From Chiloscyllium plagiosum (taxonomy: Eukaryota), in assembly GCF_004010195.1 (NCBI RefSeq), contig NC_057718.1, positions 22,576,291 to 22,637,648 of the forward strand: a stretch of 61,358 nucleotides of DNA. Reading direction: 5' to 3'. Shown one piece after another: positions 38,601 through 50,600 of this stretch (the stretch's first letter is position 1; each line of letters starts with the position of its first letter). Both the position numbers and the translations under genes were made by a program. Below the pieces are notes generated by a model that ran no database searches, was not told where the DNA came from, and saw nothing but the letters and a program-made list of their open reading frames with translations.

Positions 38601-41600
38601 ACAAACAGAAGAAGTCATTGAACAAAACTGAATTTCATAGAAATTGGGAGCTCCGGTGCACACTTTCTACAGGTACACAATCCTTTATCCGAAATTCCAA
38701 AATCCGAAAAGCTGCAAAATCTGAAGTTTCTTTTATGAGGTATTTTTCTGCATAACAAGGATATTTGACATGCGAACAGGTGACCCAACTCCATACCCAC
38801 TTGACCCACTCAGATGAGACATGGCGGCGTGACCCAGCACTGATAGGCATCAATTGTGTCTCAGCGCTCCTATTAGTCACACATGGATCTGCTGCTCGGT
38901 GGGATTTTTTTATTTCACTGTGAAAATGTCATTTATTCTGAAATCCGAAAAAAATCAACTGGCCCCAAGGATTTCGGATAAAGGATTGTATACCTGTACT
39001 TTCCTTATATGACACATAGGTGGTCAGGAATTCTTTGTGGGCAGGATAACTTGGTGTGCTGTTAACACTTATCTCAAATCACTTTACCAGAAGCGTACAT
39101 GGTAACATGCCTGGCCAACAAATACAAAGTGCCAGAGCACATGAAAGGTATAGATATTTTTCTAATCAACCTGTTCAGAGATGTTAGTACAAGCTTCTGG
39201 AGCACTGAGACTTGAACTCGGGCCTCCTGGCTCAGGGGTACAGACACTATCATTGCACACAAGAGCCCTCACTTGAAAGATATAAAGTTGAACATGTTGG
39301 AAGGCATGTTGCGTTGTTTGATTAGCAAACTGCAAACAGCATTGATCTAAAGCTAGAAAGGAATTTTGAGTGGAGGAACAAGATTTGGCAATATTAATGT
39401 ACTGCGGCATTTATTTTTCTGTTGATTTAATGTAGAAGTTATGAGGAGAAAGTGAGGTCTGCAGACGCTGGAGATCAGAGCTGAAAATGTGTTGCTGGAA
39501 AAGCACAGCAGGTCAGGCAGCATCCAGGGAACAGGAGAATCGACGTTTCGGGCATAAGCCCTTCTTCAGGAGATTCTCCTGTTCCCTGGATGCTGCCTGA
39601 CCTGCTGCGCTTTTCCAGCAACACATTTTCAGCCTTAATGTAGAAGTTACCCCATTAATTTTAAATTATTTAATGCCTCTGTCAAAAGAGCAAATAGGAG
39701 AATATTATTTCATCATTGGTTACATTGTCAGCAGAATGTGTAAGCTTTGATTAATTTTAAACCTCTTCAAGGGAACAAAGAATGGCAACAATTGCAGGAA
39801 TGGTACATTTCCATTAACGTTAAGGAGCTGAACATCTTCAATGCACATCGCTAATGTGACTCCAAGCATTGTGTGTCCATTGGTTTAAGCATAACACAGG
39901 GCTACTTCCCTCCTTGCATGACAAACACCAGAAACAACTTGCAATAGGCTAAGCATTCCACAACCTATGAACAGATCTTAGATGTAAAGTTTTGCCACGT
40001 CCAGTTGTGAATGCTGATAGGCAATAAAACTGCCAATAGGAGGATGAGGCTCCACAAGTATCTCCATCCTCAATGATGGGGGCGCTTAGCTCAAGGATAT
40101 CTCTGCATGAGTTCCTCATGGTAATGTTCCACGTTCAACCATCTTCAGCTACTTCATCAATGACCTTCCTTCCATCATAAGATCAGAAATGAGGATAATT
40201 GTTGATGTTTGCACAATGTCCAGCACTGTTTATGACTTCTCAGACACTGAAGCAGTCAGTGCCTAAATGCAGCAAGACCTGGACAACATCCAGGCATGTG
40301 CTAGTCAGTAGCAAGCAACATTCATGACAGGCAATGATCATCTCCAAAAAGAGAGAACCTAACCCTTAGCCCCGATGTTCAATAACATTACCAATGCTGG
40401 ATAGCTGTCTATCAACATCCTGGGATTTAGTATTGACCAAAATCTGAACTGGACCAACCATATAAATATTGTCTCTACTGGAGCAGGTCAAAGGCTAGAA
40501 ATTCTGTAGTAATTCACCTCCTGTCTCCGCTGTCCACCATCTACAAGGCACAAGTTAGGAATGTGGTGGAATACTCTCCAATTTCCTGGATTTTTGCAGT
40601 CCGAGCAACACTCAAGATGCCTTGACTCCATCCAAAACTGTGTAAACCACTTAATTTGCATCCTATCCACCACCTTGAACATTCACTCCCTTCACCACTG
40701 ATGCACATTGGCATTGCAGTAATTCACCAAGGCTTGTGCTATAGTACCTTCCAGATCCATGACCACGACTACCCAGAAAGCCAAAAGCAGCAAGTATGTG
40801 GGAAGACCACCACTGAAGGTGCCCCTCCAAATCACAAAACATCTTGTTTGGGAACTGTTGTGTTATGTCTCGTGATATGCTTTGAAGAGACAAACTCACA
40901 ATTTTGTCAATCATACCGTAAGACCTTGAAGTATAAAGTACCTGTGAAGCATGGTATGCTGGAAGCACAATGCTCTATTACAATCTAATAGCTTAATGTT
41001 TGCCTAGACATTGAGGAAGCTGTGAATGTAATCATTGTATCATAATAGCTAATTTTAATGAATGTTCATTTGATTCTTCAATACCACAATCTACAAGCCC
41101 AATTTCTTACATTACAAGGGATAATGTAAGTAGTGCCATCTCCAATAAAGTACCTTGTTGGAGGCAGAAACTCTCATCAGGATCTAGATTGCTGTTCCTT
41201 CACTGTCACTGGGTCAAGCTCCTGGAACTGCTCCACAACAGCACTGTGGTTATCCTTACAGCCCACGGATTGCAACAATTGAAGAAGGGCAGCTCATCAC
41301 TACCTTCTCTACAGCAGTTAGAAATGGGAAATCAACGCTGCCATTGCCAGCGATACACATATCTCATGAACAAATTTAAACGAGCCAATAAGTATTTCTG
41401 AATTTTGGTAGCATTTCTATTGTGTTAATCTATTCTGTTTACAAAAACTGATACATGAAAAATATGAGATGTGTTGTCAAGATTGAGGAACAATAAGGAA
41501 TCTGGATATTTATCATTTGGAGTACATTTGTTTGAAAACTCAATCTTTATTAATGCTGATGAAAATGTTGAGATATAATTTCTTTCATGGTGGAAAGATG

Positions 41601-44600
41601 ATACAGTATATAGATGTTTTAATCTGTTGTATGAGATGTACAGGTGTTAAGCAGAGCTTAGGTGCTTTTTCAAAGGTAAGAGGCATAATCTGGGTCTTTC
41701 TTCATACCATTCAATGATACAACATAGAAAGAGGCTGTTTGGCCCATCATGTCTGTGTTGACTGGTTTAAATACCTGTCCAATGGTCTCATTTACCAGAT
41801 CTTGACCCACAAATCTGCACATAGAATCTTGGATTCAAACAGGTATGCAGCTCAGAAATAGACCCTCTGGTCCAACCAGTCCATGCCGAACATAATCCCA
41901 AACTAAAGTGGTCCCACCTGCCTGTTCCTGGCCCACATCCCTCCAAACCATTCCTATTCACATCCTTATCCAAACGTCTTTTAAATGTTTTAATTGTACC
42001 CACATCCATCACTTTGTCAGAAGACTAATTTCACATGAGAACCACCCTCTGTGTAAAAAAAAAATGCCCCTTATGTCTTTTTTTAATCTTTCTCCTCTCA
42101 TCTTAAAAATGTGCTCCCTCGTCTTGCAATCCCCCATCCTAGGGAAAATATGGCTACTTTCTTGAGAACTTACCTGATTCCCATATGGAAGTATTATTAA
42201 ATCTATTTCCACTTCATTTTTAAGTGAAACATTTCCAATTTCACCAACTGGCTGTGTAAATGTCTTCTTCTAACCTCACCCCTGTTTCCTTTGCCACTGT
42301 TACACAGCTTCTAATGGTGCATTCATGATGGATGGTGTTGTGGGTAAGTTGCCACAAGGTATCTTTAATTCGGCTACTTATTAAGAAGTCTCTCAGACAA
42401 TCAAATACTGAACCAATGATTTAAACTTTATTCCATGAAGCAACTAAAATAACACCCCTCAAGTAAGCAAGCTAAGCCGCACAACCCAACTTGGCTATTA
42501 CCCAATTAATGATGGAAATTCGACAGATTCCACCAGTAATGTCTGTCTCTGGAAGTATGCAAGGTTCAATTTTTGTGCAGTGTTGTTCTTCAAAGTTTTG
42601 CTAAGAGAGAGTTGTAAAGTTGCTTTCTTATATAATTTTCTCTCTTTCAAGTTTGTGATGTGATATTATTGATGATCCTTTAGATTCTTTCATCCCCAAC
42701 ATTGATGACATTTCTGGAGATCTCAAGTCTGCAGCTTCTGTCAAATCAGACATAGCTCCCCTGCTCCTTGTTACATTCAGTGTTAGCTGTCTGCTTCAAA
42801 CAGCTTACCCTGAATTTAACCCTTTACTTCAAAACAATCCTTCTGCAGGCAGTCTTAACTGCCCATTGGTCATGAGGCAGCAGGTTATTCAGCAGTGTTA
42901 CCTACTCTCTCACAGGAAACAGCTTGTTTATGTTGCTTTTACTCCTTCCCAGGGATTGTGATGGTGGTGCTGGAAAAGCACAGCTGGTCAGGCAGCATCC
43001 AAGGAGCAGGAGAATCAACATTTTTGGGCATAAGCCCTTCATCAGGAATGAGGCTTGTGGGTCCATGCTGAGAGATAAATGGGAGGGGGTTGGGGTTGGG
43101 GGGAGGTAGCCGGGAAAGCGATAGGTGGATGAAGGAAAGGGAGAAGGTGATGTGTCAGAGGGGGCAGTGATGGACAGGTCCGGATGTGGTGCCGAGTTGG
43201 AGGCTTGGGACTGTAATAATGTGGGGGGAGGGGAAATGAGGAAGCTGTTGAAATCCACACTTATCCTGTGTGGTTGCAGGGTCCCAAGGCAACATATGAG
43301 TTGTTCCTCCTCCAGGCAACAGGTGGTAACGGTTTGGTGGTGGAGGAGGCCCAAGACCTGCATATCCTTGATGGAGTGGGAGGGGGAGGTGAAGTGTTCA
43401 GCCATGAGGTAGTGGGGTTGGTGGGTGCGGGTGTCCTAGACATGTTCTGAAATGATCCACAAGAAGGCATCCTGTCTCCCCAATGTAGAGGAGACCACAC
43501 TGGGTGCAACGGATGCAGTAGATGACATTGGGAGAGGTACAGGTGAATTTCTGATGGATGTGCCTCGGGGCCTTGGACGGAGGTGAGGGGAGTGGTGTGG
43601 GCGCAGGTTTTGCACTTCCTGCGGTGACGGGGAAAGGTGCCAGAAGTGGGTTGTGAACTGGTGGGGGGTGTGGACCTGACGAGGTAGTCGCAGAGGGAAT
43701 GGTCTTTTCGAAACGCTGATAGGGGTGGGGAGGGAAATAAATCTCTGGTGGTGGGGTCCATTTGGAGGTGGCGAAAGTGGTGGAGGATGCAGAGATTAGT
43801 TCATATACCACAAGCCCACCAATTCCCACAGCTACCTAGACTACACCTCCTCTCACCCTAACTCCTGTAAAAACGCCATCCCTTATTCCCAATTCCTCTG
43901 CCTCCACTGTATCTGTTCCCAGGATGACCAATTCCACCTCAGAAAGTCCCAGATGGCCTCCTTCTTCCATGATCGCAACTTCTCTTCCCACGTGGTTGAT
44001 GATGCCCGCCAGCACATTTCCTCCACTTCACGCACCGCCACCTTTGAACCCCACCGCTCCCAATGCAACAAGGAGAGAATCCCCCGGTCCTCACCTTCCA
44101 CCTCACCAACCTCTGCATGCAGCACATCATCGTCTGCCACTTCCGCCACCTCCAAACGGACCCCACCACCAGAGATATACTTCCCTCCCCATCCCTAACA
44201 GCGTTCCAGAAAGACCATTCCCTTCACGATTCCCTTTTCAGGTCCACACCGACCCCCCCCCCCGCCTACCGGTCCACACCACACTCCTGGCATGTTTCCC
44301 TGCCAGCACAGGAAGTGCAAAACCTGTGCCCACACCACTCCCCTCACCTCCATCCAAGGCTCCATGTCTGTCAGAAATTTACCTGCACCTCTCCCAATGA
44401 TATCTACTGCATCCATTGCACCCAGTGTGGTCTCCTCAACATCAGGGAGACAGAACACCTTCTTGTGGATCATTTCAGAGAACATCTCTGGGACACCCAC
44501 ACCCACTAACCTCACCGCCCCGTGGCTGAACACTTCACCTCTCCCTCCCACTCCGTCAAGGACATGCAGGTCCTGGGTGTCCTCCACCGCCAAACTGTTA

Positions 44601-47600
44601 CCATCCGATGCCTGGAGGAGGAACGCCTCATGTTTCACCTTGGGACCCTGCAACCACATAGGATAAATGTGTATTTCAACAGCTTCCTCATTCCCCTCCC
44701 CCCCACACCCTCCACCCCACATTATCCCATTCCCAAGCCTCCAACTCGGCACCATCTTTGGACCCATCCATCACTGCGTCCTCTGACCTATCACTTTCTT
44801 TCTCACCTTCATCCACCTATCGCTTTCCCAGCTACTCCCCCCAACCCTACTCCCCTCCCATTTATCTCTCAGCACCGACCCACAAGCCTCATTCCCAATG
44901 AAGGGCTTATGCCAGAAACATCGATTCTCCTGCTCCTCAGATGCTGCCTGACCGGCTGTGCTTTTCCAGCACCACACTCTCGACTCTGATCTCCAGCATC
45001 TGCAGTCCTTAATTTCTCCTCCTTCCTAGGGATGTTTAGTTAGCATGTTGATTTCAATTCCTTCAATTCAATTCCTTTCATCTCGGGAAATAGTTTATTC
45101 CAGAAACAGTTATTGCTGATTCGTTCTGTGTGTAATAGTTTTTCTTTGCTGGTTCTTTCAATCCATGAAGTTATTAAAGTTCTGCAGGTTACATTGTGTG
45201 CCTTTTCTGGGAATGGTACACATTGTCTAATGAAATATGATCAATGTCATTTCTTGAAAAGTAATTTTGGTCCAGTAACTGGCTTATCATCTTCCTCTTC
45301 CAGTTATTGACTAATCACTATGAAAGGTGTTGGAAGTATTACTGTCTCCCTGGAGGTTGGGGTAGCTTTGGAACAACTTCAGAAGAGGAACTTCATCTCT
45401 CCAGGAAGTTGTTCTGGGGGATTTTTGATGCCTTGTCCCAGAAGGTACCTTTTCTTTCTATTTCATTATCTACCAACAATGCTTTATTTTCTTTATTAAA
45501 GTCTAAATGGTCTTATAGTTCTGAAAACAATTTAAAATAGCAGACCCATTCCCTTTTACTTAATAATTATAATAAATTATATAGGTGGTTAAATCTCCTG
45601 CTCTCTCTGTTGGCAAGCTTTTGAGTGGGTAGGGCATTTAATTGGGCACAATGGTGGCATATCTGAATGCTTACAGCCATTCCGTCTCCAGCAGAACTAT
45701 GTTCTATCTGAATGGGATCACAGTCCTTGCCCTGCTGCTAATTGAAGCCTTTAAGTGGACAATTAGTAAGCGTTAAGGGTCTGATTCTTTATTGCTGAAA
45801 AAATCGAACCGTAGCCCATTTGTTAGCATATCATGTGAACAACAGGTAAAATCGTGTCCAAATAGTCATCTTATGTCAGTAGGTGGTCAGGTCTTCCTCA
45901 TTGAAAGGCACACTGCCTGATTGAGGAACTTAGCATCAGAATGTGGAGGGCGTCTCACTCAAAGTCACATCCTTCCCTTTGTTGCAAGGCTAGAATAATT
46001 GGAAATCAGGAAATCCACAGATTAGAATCATGCCTAGCACAAAAGAAGGTGGTTATAGTTGTTAGAGGTCTATAATCTCTGCTCCATGACATCTCTGCTG
46101 AAATCCTCACTCCAACTGTCTTCAGCTACTTCATCAATGACCTTCCTTCTACTATTAGATCTGAAGTCTGGATGTTCATTGATGACATGCACAATGTTCA
46201 TCACCATTTGTGACCCCTCACTCTGAAGCAGTCTATTTCTAAATGCAAGAAAGCCTGGCCAATATTCAGTTTTGGTTTTATTATAACCAGGAAGAGCAAG
46301 CCACACCAAGTCAGCATTTCTATCACAGAATTTGCAGCACAGTGAAATTAAAATATTTAATAAAGTTGACTAGTTGTTTCTAACCAGACTTTACAAACAA
46401 CAGATTTTGGATTCCAAGCTTATAACTTAAACAAAAAAAAAATTATAATTAATTCTGTTACTTTAGCACGATAAAGCAAAACAAGGTCATTAATTAATAT
46501 TTGTGATTTAAACTCAATATTCTTTGAACATGACCCCCACTGTCACATAGACAGATAGACAGAGATATGTTTAAGGGATAAATTGAAAGAAAATAAAAGA
46601 ATTGTAATTTGTTAGTGAGTTTAAATAGTTTCAAATGATGAATGCCAAGTCTTCATGCAATCCTTAGATAATGGGTTGTTCCCAGGGATGTAATTGCAGA
46701 TCCATTTTTGAAGTCACTGGTGAATGTGAACAATTTCAGTAGACTTCAAGAAATATTTACTTATTTCTTACAGACTGGGACTCTTTTCTCAGAACATTCA
46801 ACAGTTCTTTAATTGGATCGAAAAATAGAGAGACTAAAAAACAGCAGCCAATCCCAAAGCTTCGAAAGTCACTCCACACCTACCAAAACCAGTCAAAACT
46901 ACTGTTATGTCATTTTTTAAATCATTGTTCTTTGTAGTTGGCTGATTACATTGGTCCTCCCTTGATTGCCAAACTCAATATCCAACCAGCCCTGGGTATT
47001 GTAACACATGGTGTCTAATTGTCAACAGTGTTCCTCAGATTAGTAATTAAGTTAAGTTATCTTATAGGTCATCTACCAAACATCTGCATTTGCTCTCTTC
47101 TCTTTAAACCATGAAGCATTTTAAAATTCACTCACCCTAAACTCAACTCAGTTCCACCTAAAACGAAGAGAAATAATGGGAACGGTCTCTATATTTTTAT
47201 AAATCGCAGCTAACATTCACACCACATAAATGCCAAGCAACATATGCGTCAAACAAGAGAGAATCTAACCATTATCTCTCGTCATTCAATGGTGTTATCA
47301 TTACTGAATCCCCACAACCAGCATCATTGGAGCTAACATTGACTAGAAATTGAACTGTTCTAGTCATAGTGGATCAGAAGCCAGGAATCCTGCTAAGACT
47401 AACTCATCTTAGTGGGCGGCACGGTGGCACAGTGGTTAGCACTGCTGCCTCACAGCGCCAGAGACCCGGGTTCAATTCCTGCCTCAGGTGACTGACTGTG
47501 TGGAGTTTGCACATTCTCCCCGTGTCTGTGTGGGTTTCCTCCGGCTGCTCCGGTTTCCTCCCACACTCCAAAATGTGCAGATTAGGTGAATTGGCCATGC

Positions 47601-50600
47601 TAAATTGCCTGTAGTGTTAGGTGCAGGGGTAAATGTAGGGGAATGGGTCTGGGTGGGTGCGCTTCGGCGGGTCGGTGTGGACTTGTTGGGCCGAAGGGCC
47701 TGTTTCCACACTGTAAAGTAATCTAATCTAATCTAATCTAATCTTCTGACTGACCAGAGCCTGTCAATGACCCATAAGGCACTAATCAGGAGCCTGATAG
47801 AATACTTTTCACTTTACTGGATGAGGACAGCTCCAAAATCATTTTAAGCTTGACACCATCAAGGACAAAACAGTCCAATTGACTGCTCTGCATCTGAAAC
47901 TATTCTGTCAGTCCACCCCTGATGCACAGTAGCTTCAGTGTGTACGATCTACACCAAATTCACCAAAGATCCTTAGACAGCACCCATGACCACTTACATA
48001 TAGAAGGACAAGGACAGCAGATACATGTGAACAGCACACCTGCAAGAACCTTCTAAGCCACTCAGCCATCTTGAGTTGGAAATACAGGTAGACGATCCTT
48101 TATCCGAAATCGTTGGGAACCAGCTGTTTTTTGGAATTTGGAGTTTTTCAAAATAAGTAACAGTTTGATGGTGAAAGTTTTAAAAATCTTACTGGAGGAG
48201 CAGACGTACTAACTAAAACAGGCCTTGAGAGAGAATCCAGGCCTTCATCTCCCCCCCCCCGCCACCTTATCTCAGTCCCAACCCCAGGATTCCGCACCGC
48301 CCTCTTGACCTGCAATTGTGGGCTTGTTGGGTCGAAGGGCCTGTTTCCACACTGTAAGTAATCTAATCTCATTCCTGAAGAAGGGCTTATGTCCGAAACG
48401 TCGATTCTCCTGCTCCTCGGATGCTGCCTGGCCTGTTGTGTTTTTCCAGCACCACATTTTTCAACTCTGGTCTCCATCATCTGCAGTCCTCACTTTCTCC
48501 TATCTATGCTGGGCCATGCCCCCACATGTTGCATCTGAATGACACGCATCAAGTGGGTGTTAACTTGGGTTAACTGTTTGCATGCCAAACAACCTTGTTA
48601 ATGAGATAAAAACAACTTCACAAGAAAACCTTTGGATTTCGGAGCTTTTCAGATTTTGGAACTTTGGATAAAGGATCGTCTACCTGTGTAAGCAGTGTCA
48701 ATGGGTCAAAATCCTGGAAATCCCTCTGTAATCATATTGTGGATCTACCTACACCAAATGGACTGCAGTACAATTTGTGAAGACAGCTCACCACCACCTT
48801 CTGAAGGGAACTAGGGGTGGGTAGTAAATCCTGGCCTAGTCAGTGTTGCCGCACATGAATGAAAATAAATCATGTTGCAAATGAAATTGCAGGTTGTATT
48901 CCTTTAGAGATTCACTTTTTTGAGCCTTGTCAGAAATAGTGTCAGAGCGAAATAGAAAGGATGTAGGGAAATAAAGGAGCAAAACAGAAAGGATGCAGGT
49001 GTTGTATTTTCAGGCAATGATCTAATGGCTGCTTTTGATTTCTCCCGTTTTTCTGCAGAAGTATGAACCAGAGTTATTTAAGTTAGCTTTGCCTTGTTTG
49101 AATGCTGTTGCTGGAGCCCTACCTCCAGATTACATGGAATCCAATTATGTGGCAATGATGGAGAAACAATCGTCAGTGGATACCGAAGGAAATTTCAACC
49201 CGCAACCTGTAGATACGTTAAGGTTTGATTGGGCAGATTTTGATCACTTCTCTTTATTGAAACTTAATGTTGTAATAGATAGGAGCTGATGTAGGCCATT
49301 TATCCCATCCTCCGTCATTTCCGCCACCTCCAAACAGACCCCACCACCAGCGATATATTTCCCTCCCCACCCCTATTAGTGTTCCGGAGAGATCACTCCC
49401 TCTGCGACACCCTCGTCAGGTCCACACCCCCCACCAACCCAACCTCCACTCCCGGCACCTTCCCCTGCAACAGCAAGAAGTGCAAAACTTGCGNNNNNNN
49501 NNNNNNNNNNNNNNNNNNNNNNNNNCCTCATCTTTCGCCTAGGAACCCTCCAACCACAAGGGATGAATGCAGATTTCTCCAGCTTCCTCATTTCCCCTCC
49601 CTCCACCTTATATCAGTCCCAACCCTCAGACACAGCACCGCCCTCTTGACCTGCAATCTTCTTCCCAATCTCTCCGCCCCCACCCCCTCTCCGGCCTATC
49701 ACCCTCACCCTCACTTCCTTCCACCTATCGTATTCCCAGCGCCACTCCACCAAATTCCCTCCCCACTACCTTTTATCTCAGCCCGCTTGGCACACCAGCC
49801 TCATTCCTGAAGTTGGGCTTATGCCCGAAATGTCGATTCTCCTGCTCCTTGAATGCTGCCTGGCCTGCTGTGTTTTTCCAGCACCACATTTTTCAACTCT
49901 GGTCTCCAGCATCTGCAGTCCTCACTTTCTCCCATTTATCCCATTGAGTCTGCTCTGCCATTCAACAAGATCATGACTGCTCTGATTATCTTAAACTCCA
50001 TTTTTCTACCTTTTCCCTATAACCCTTGATTCCATTATTGATTGAAAATCTATCTCAGTCTTGGATATACTTACTGACCAACCTCGACAACTCTCTGCAG
50101 CAAAGAATTCCACAGATTCACAACCCTCCGAGAAAAGAATTTCCTCTGTGTTTTAGAATGCATGACCCTTTATTCTGAGATTATGCCTTCTAGTCCAGGA
50201 TTCTCCCCATAAGGTTAAACAACCTGTCTGCATCTATTCTGTCAAGTCACTGAAGAATTCTATATGTTTCAATAAGGTCATCTCTTATTCTTCTATATTC
50301 ATAGAATCATAGAGGTGTACAGCACGGAAACAGACCTTTCAGTCCAACTTGACCAGATATCCTAAATTAATCTAGTCCCATTCGTCAGCATTTGGCCCAT
50401 ATCCGTCTAAGGTCTTTCTATTCATATACCCATTCAGGTGCCTTTTAAATGTTGTGATTGTACCCACCTCCACCACTTCCTCTGGCAGCTCATTCCATAC
50501 ACGCACTACCCTCTGAGTGAAAAAGTTGTCCCTCAGGTCCTTTTTAACTCTTTCCCCTCTCACCTTAAGCCTAAGGAAAAAAGGCATTGGTTATTAATCC

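Larger units (their letters stand above)
48085..48686. mobile_element. Tigger/pogo-like MITE (same family as 38670-38996, opposite orientation) carrying a nested PLE fragment
   Basis: TIR CAGGTAGACGATCCTTTATCC at both ends; 5' flank TA; internal homology to the 38.7-kb copy. Confidence 0.88.
45995..48870 (+). mobile_element. Old CR1/L2-group LINE, split by three insertions
   Basis: Colinear pieces about 45995-46272, 47205-47411, 47744-48084, 48687-48870 matching the 40-41 kb copy; ends atgaatgaaaa. Confidence 0.7.

Noticed and set aside
42902..44989. Dense overlapping ORFs on both strands as a novel gene cluster
   Set aside because: Explained by a GC-rich inverted PLE; none is an intact RT-endonuclease ORF.
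49056..49061. NAGNAG acceptor (CAG AAG) at exon O
   Set aside because: A distal AAG is rarely used and there is no evidence in the sequence; the effect would be one Lys.
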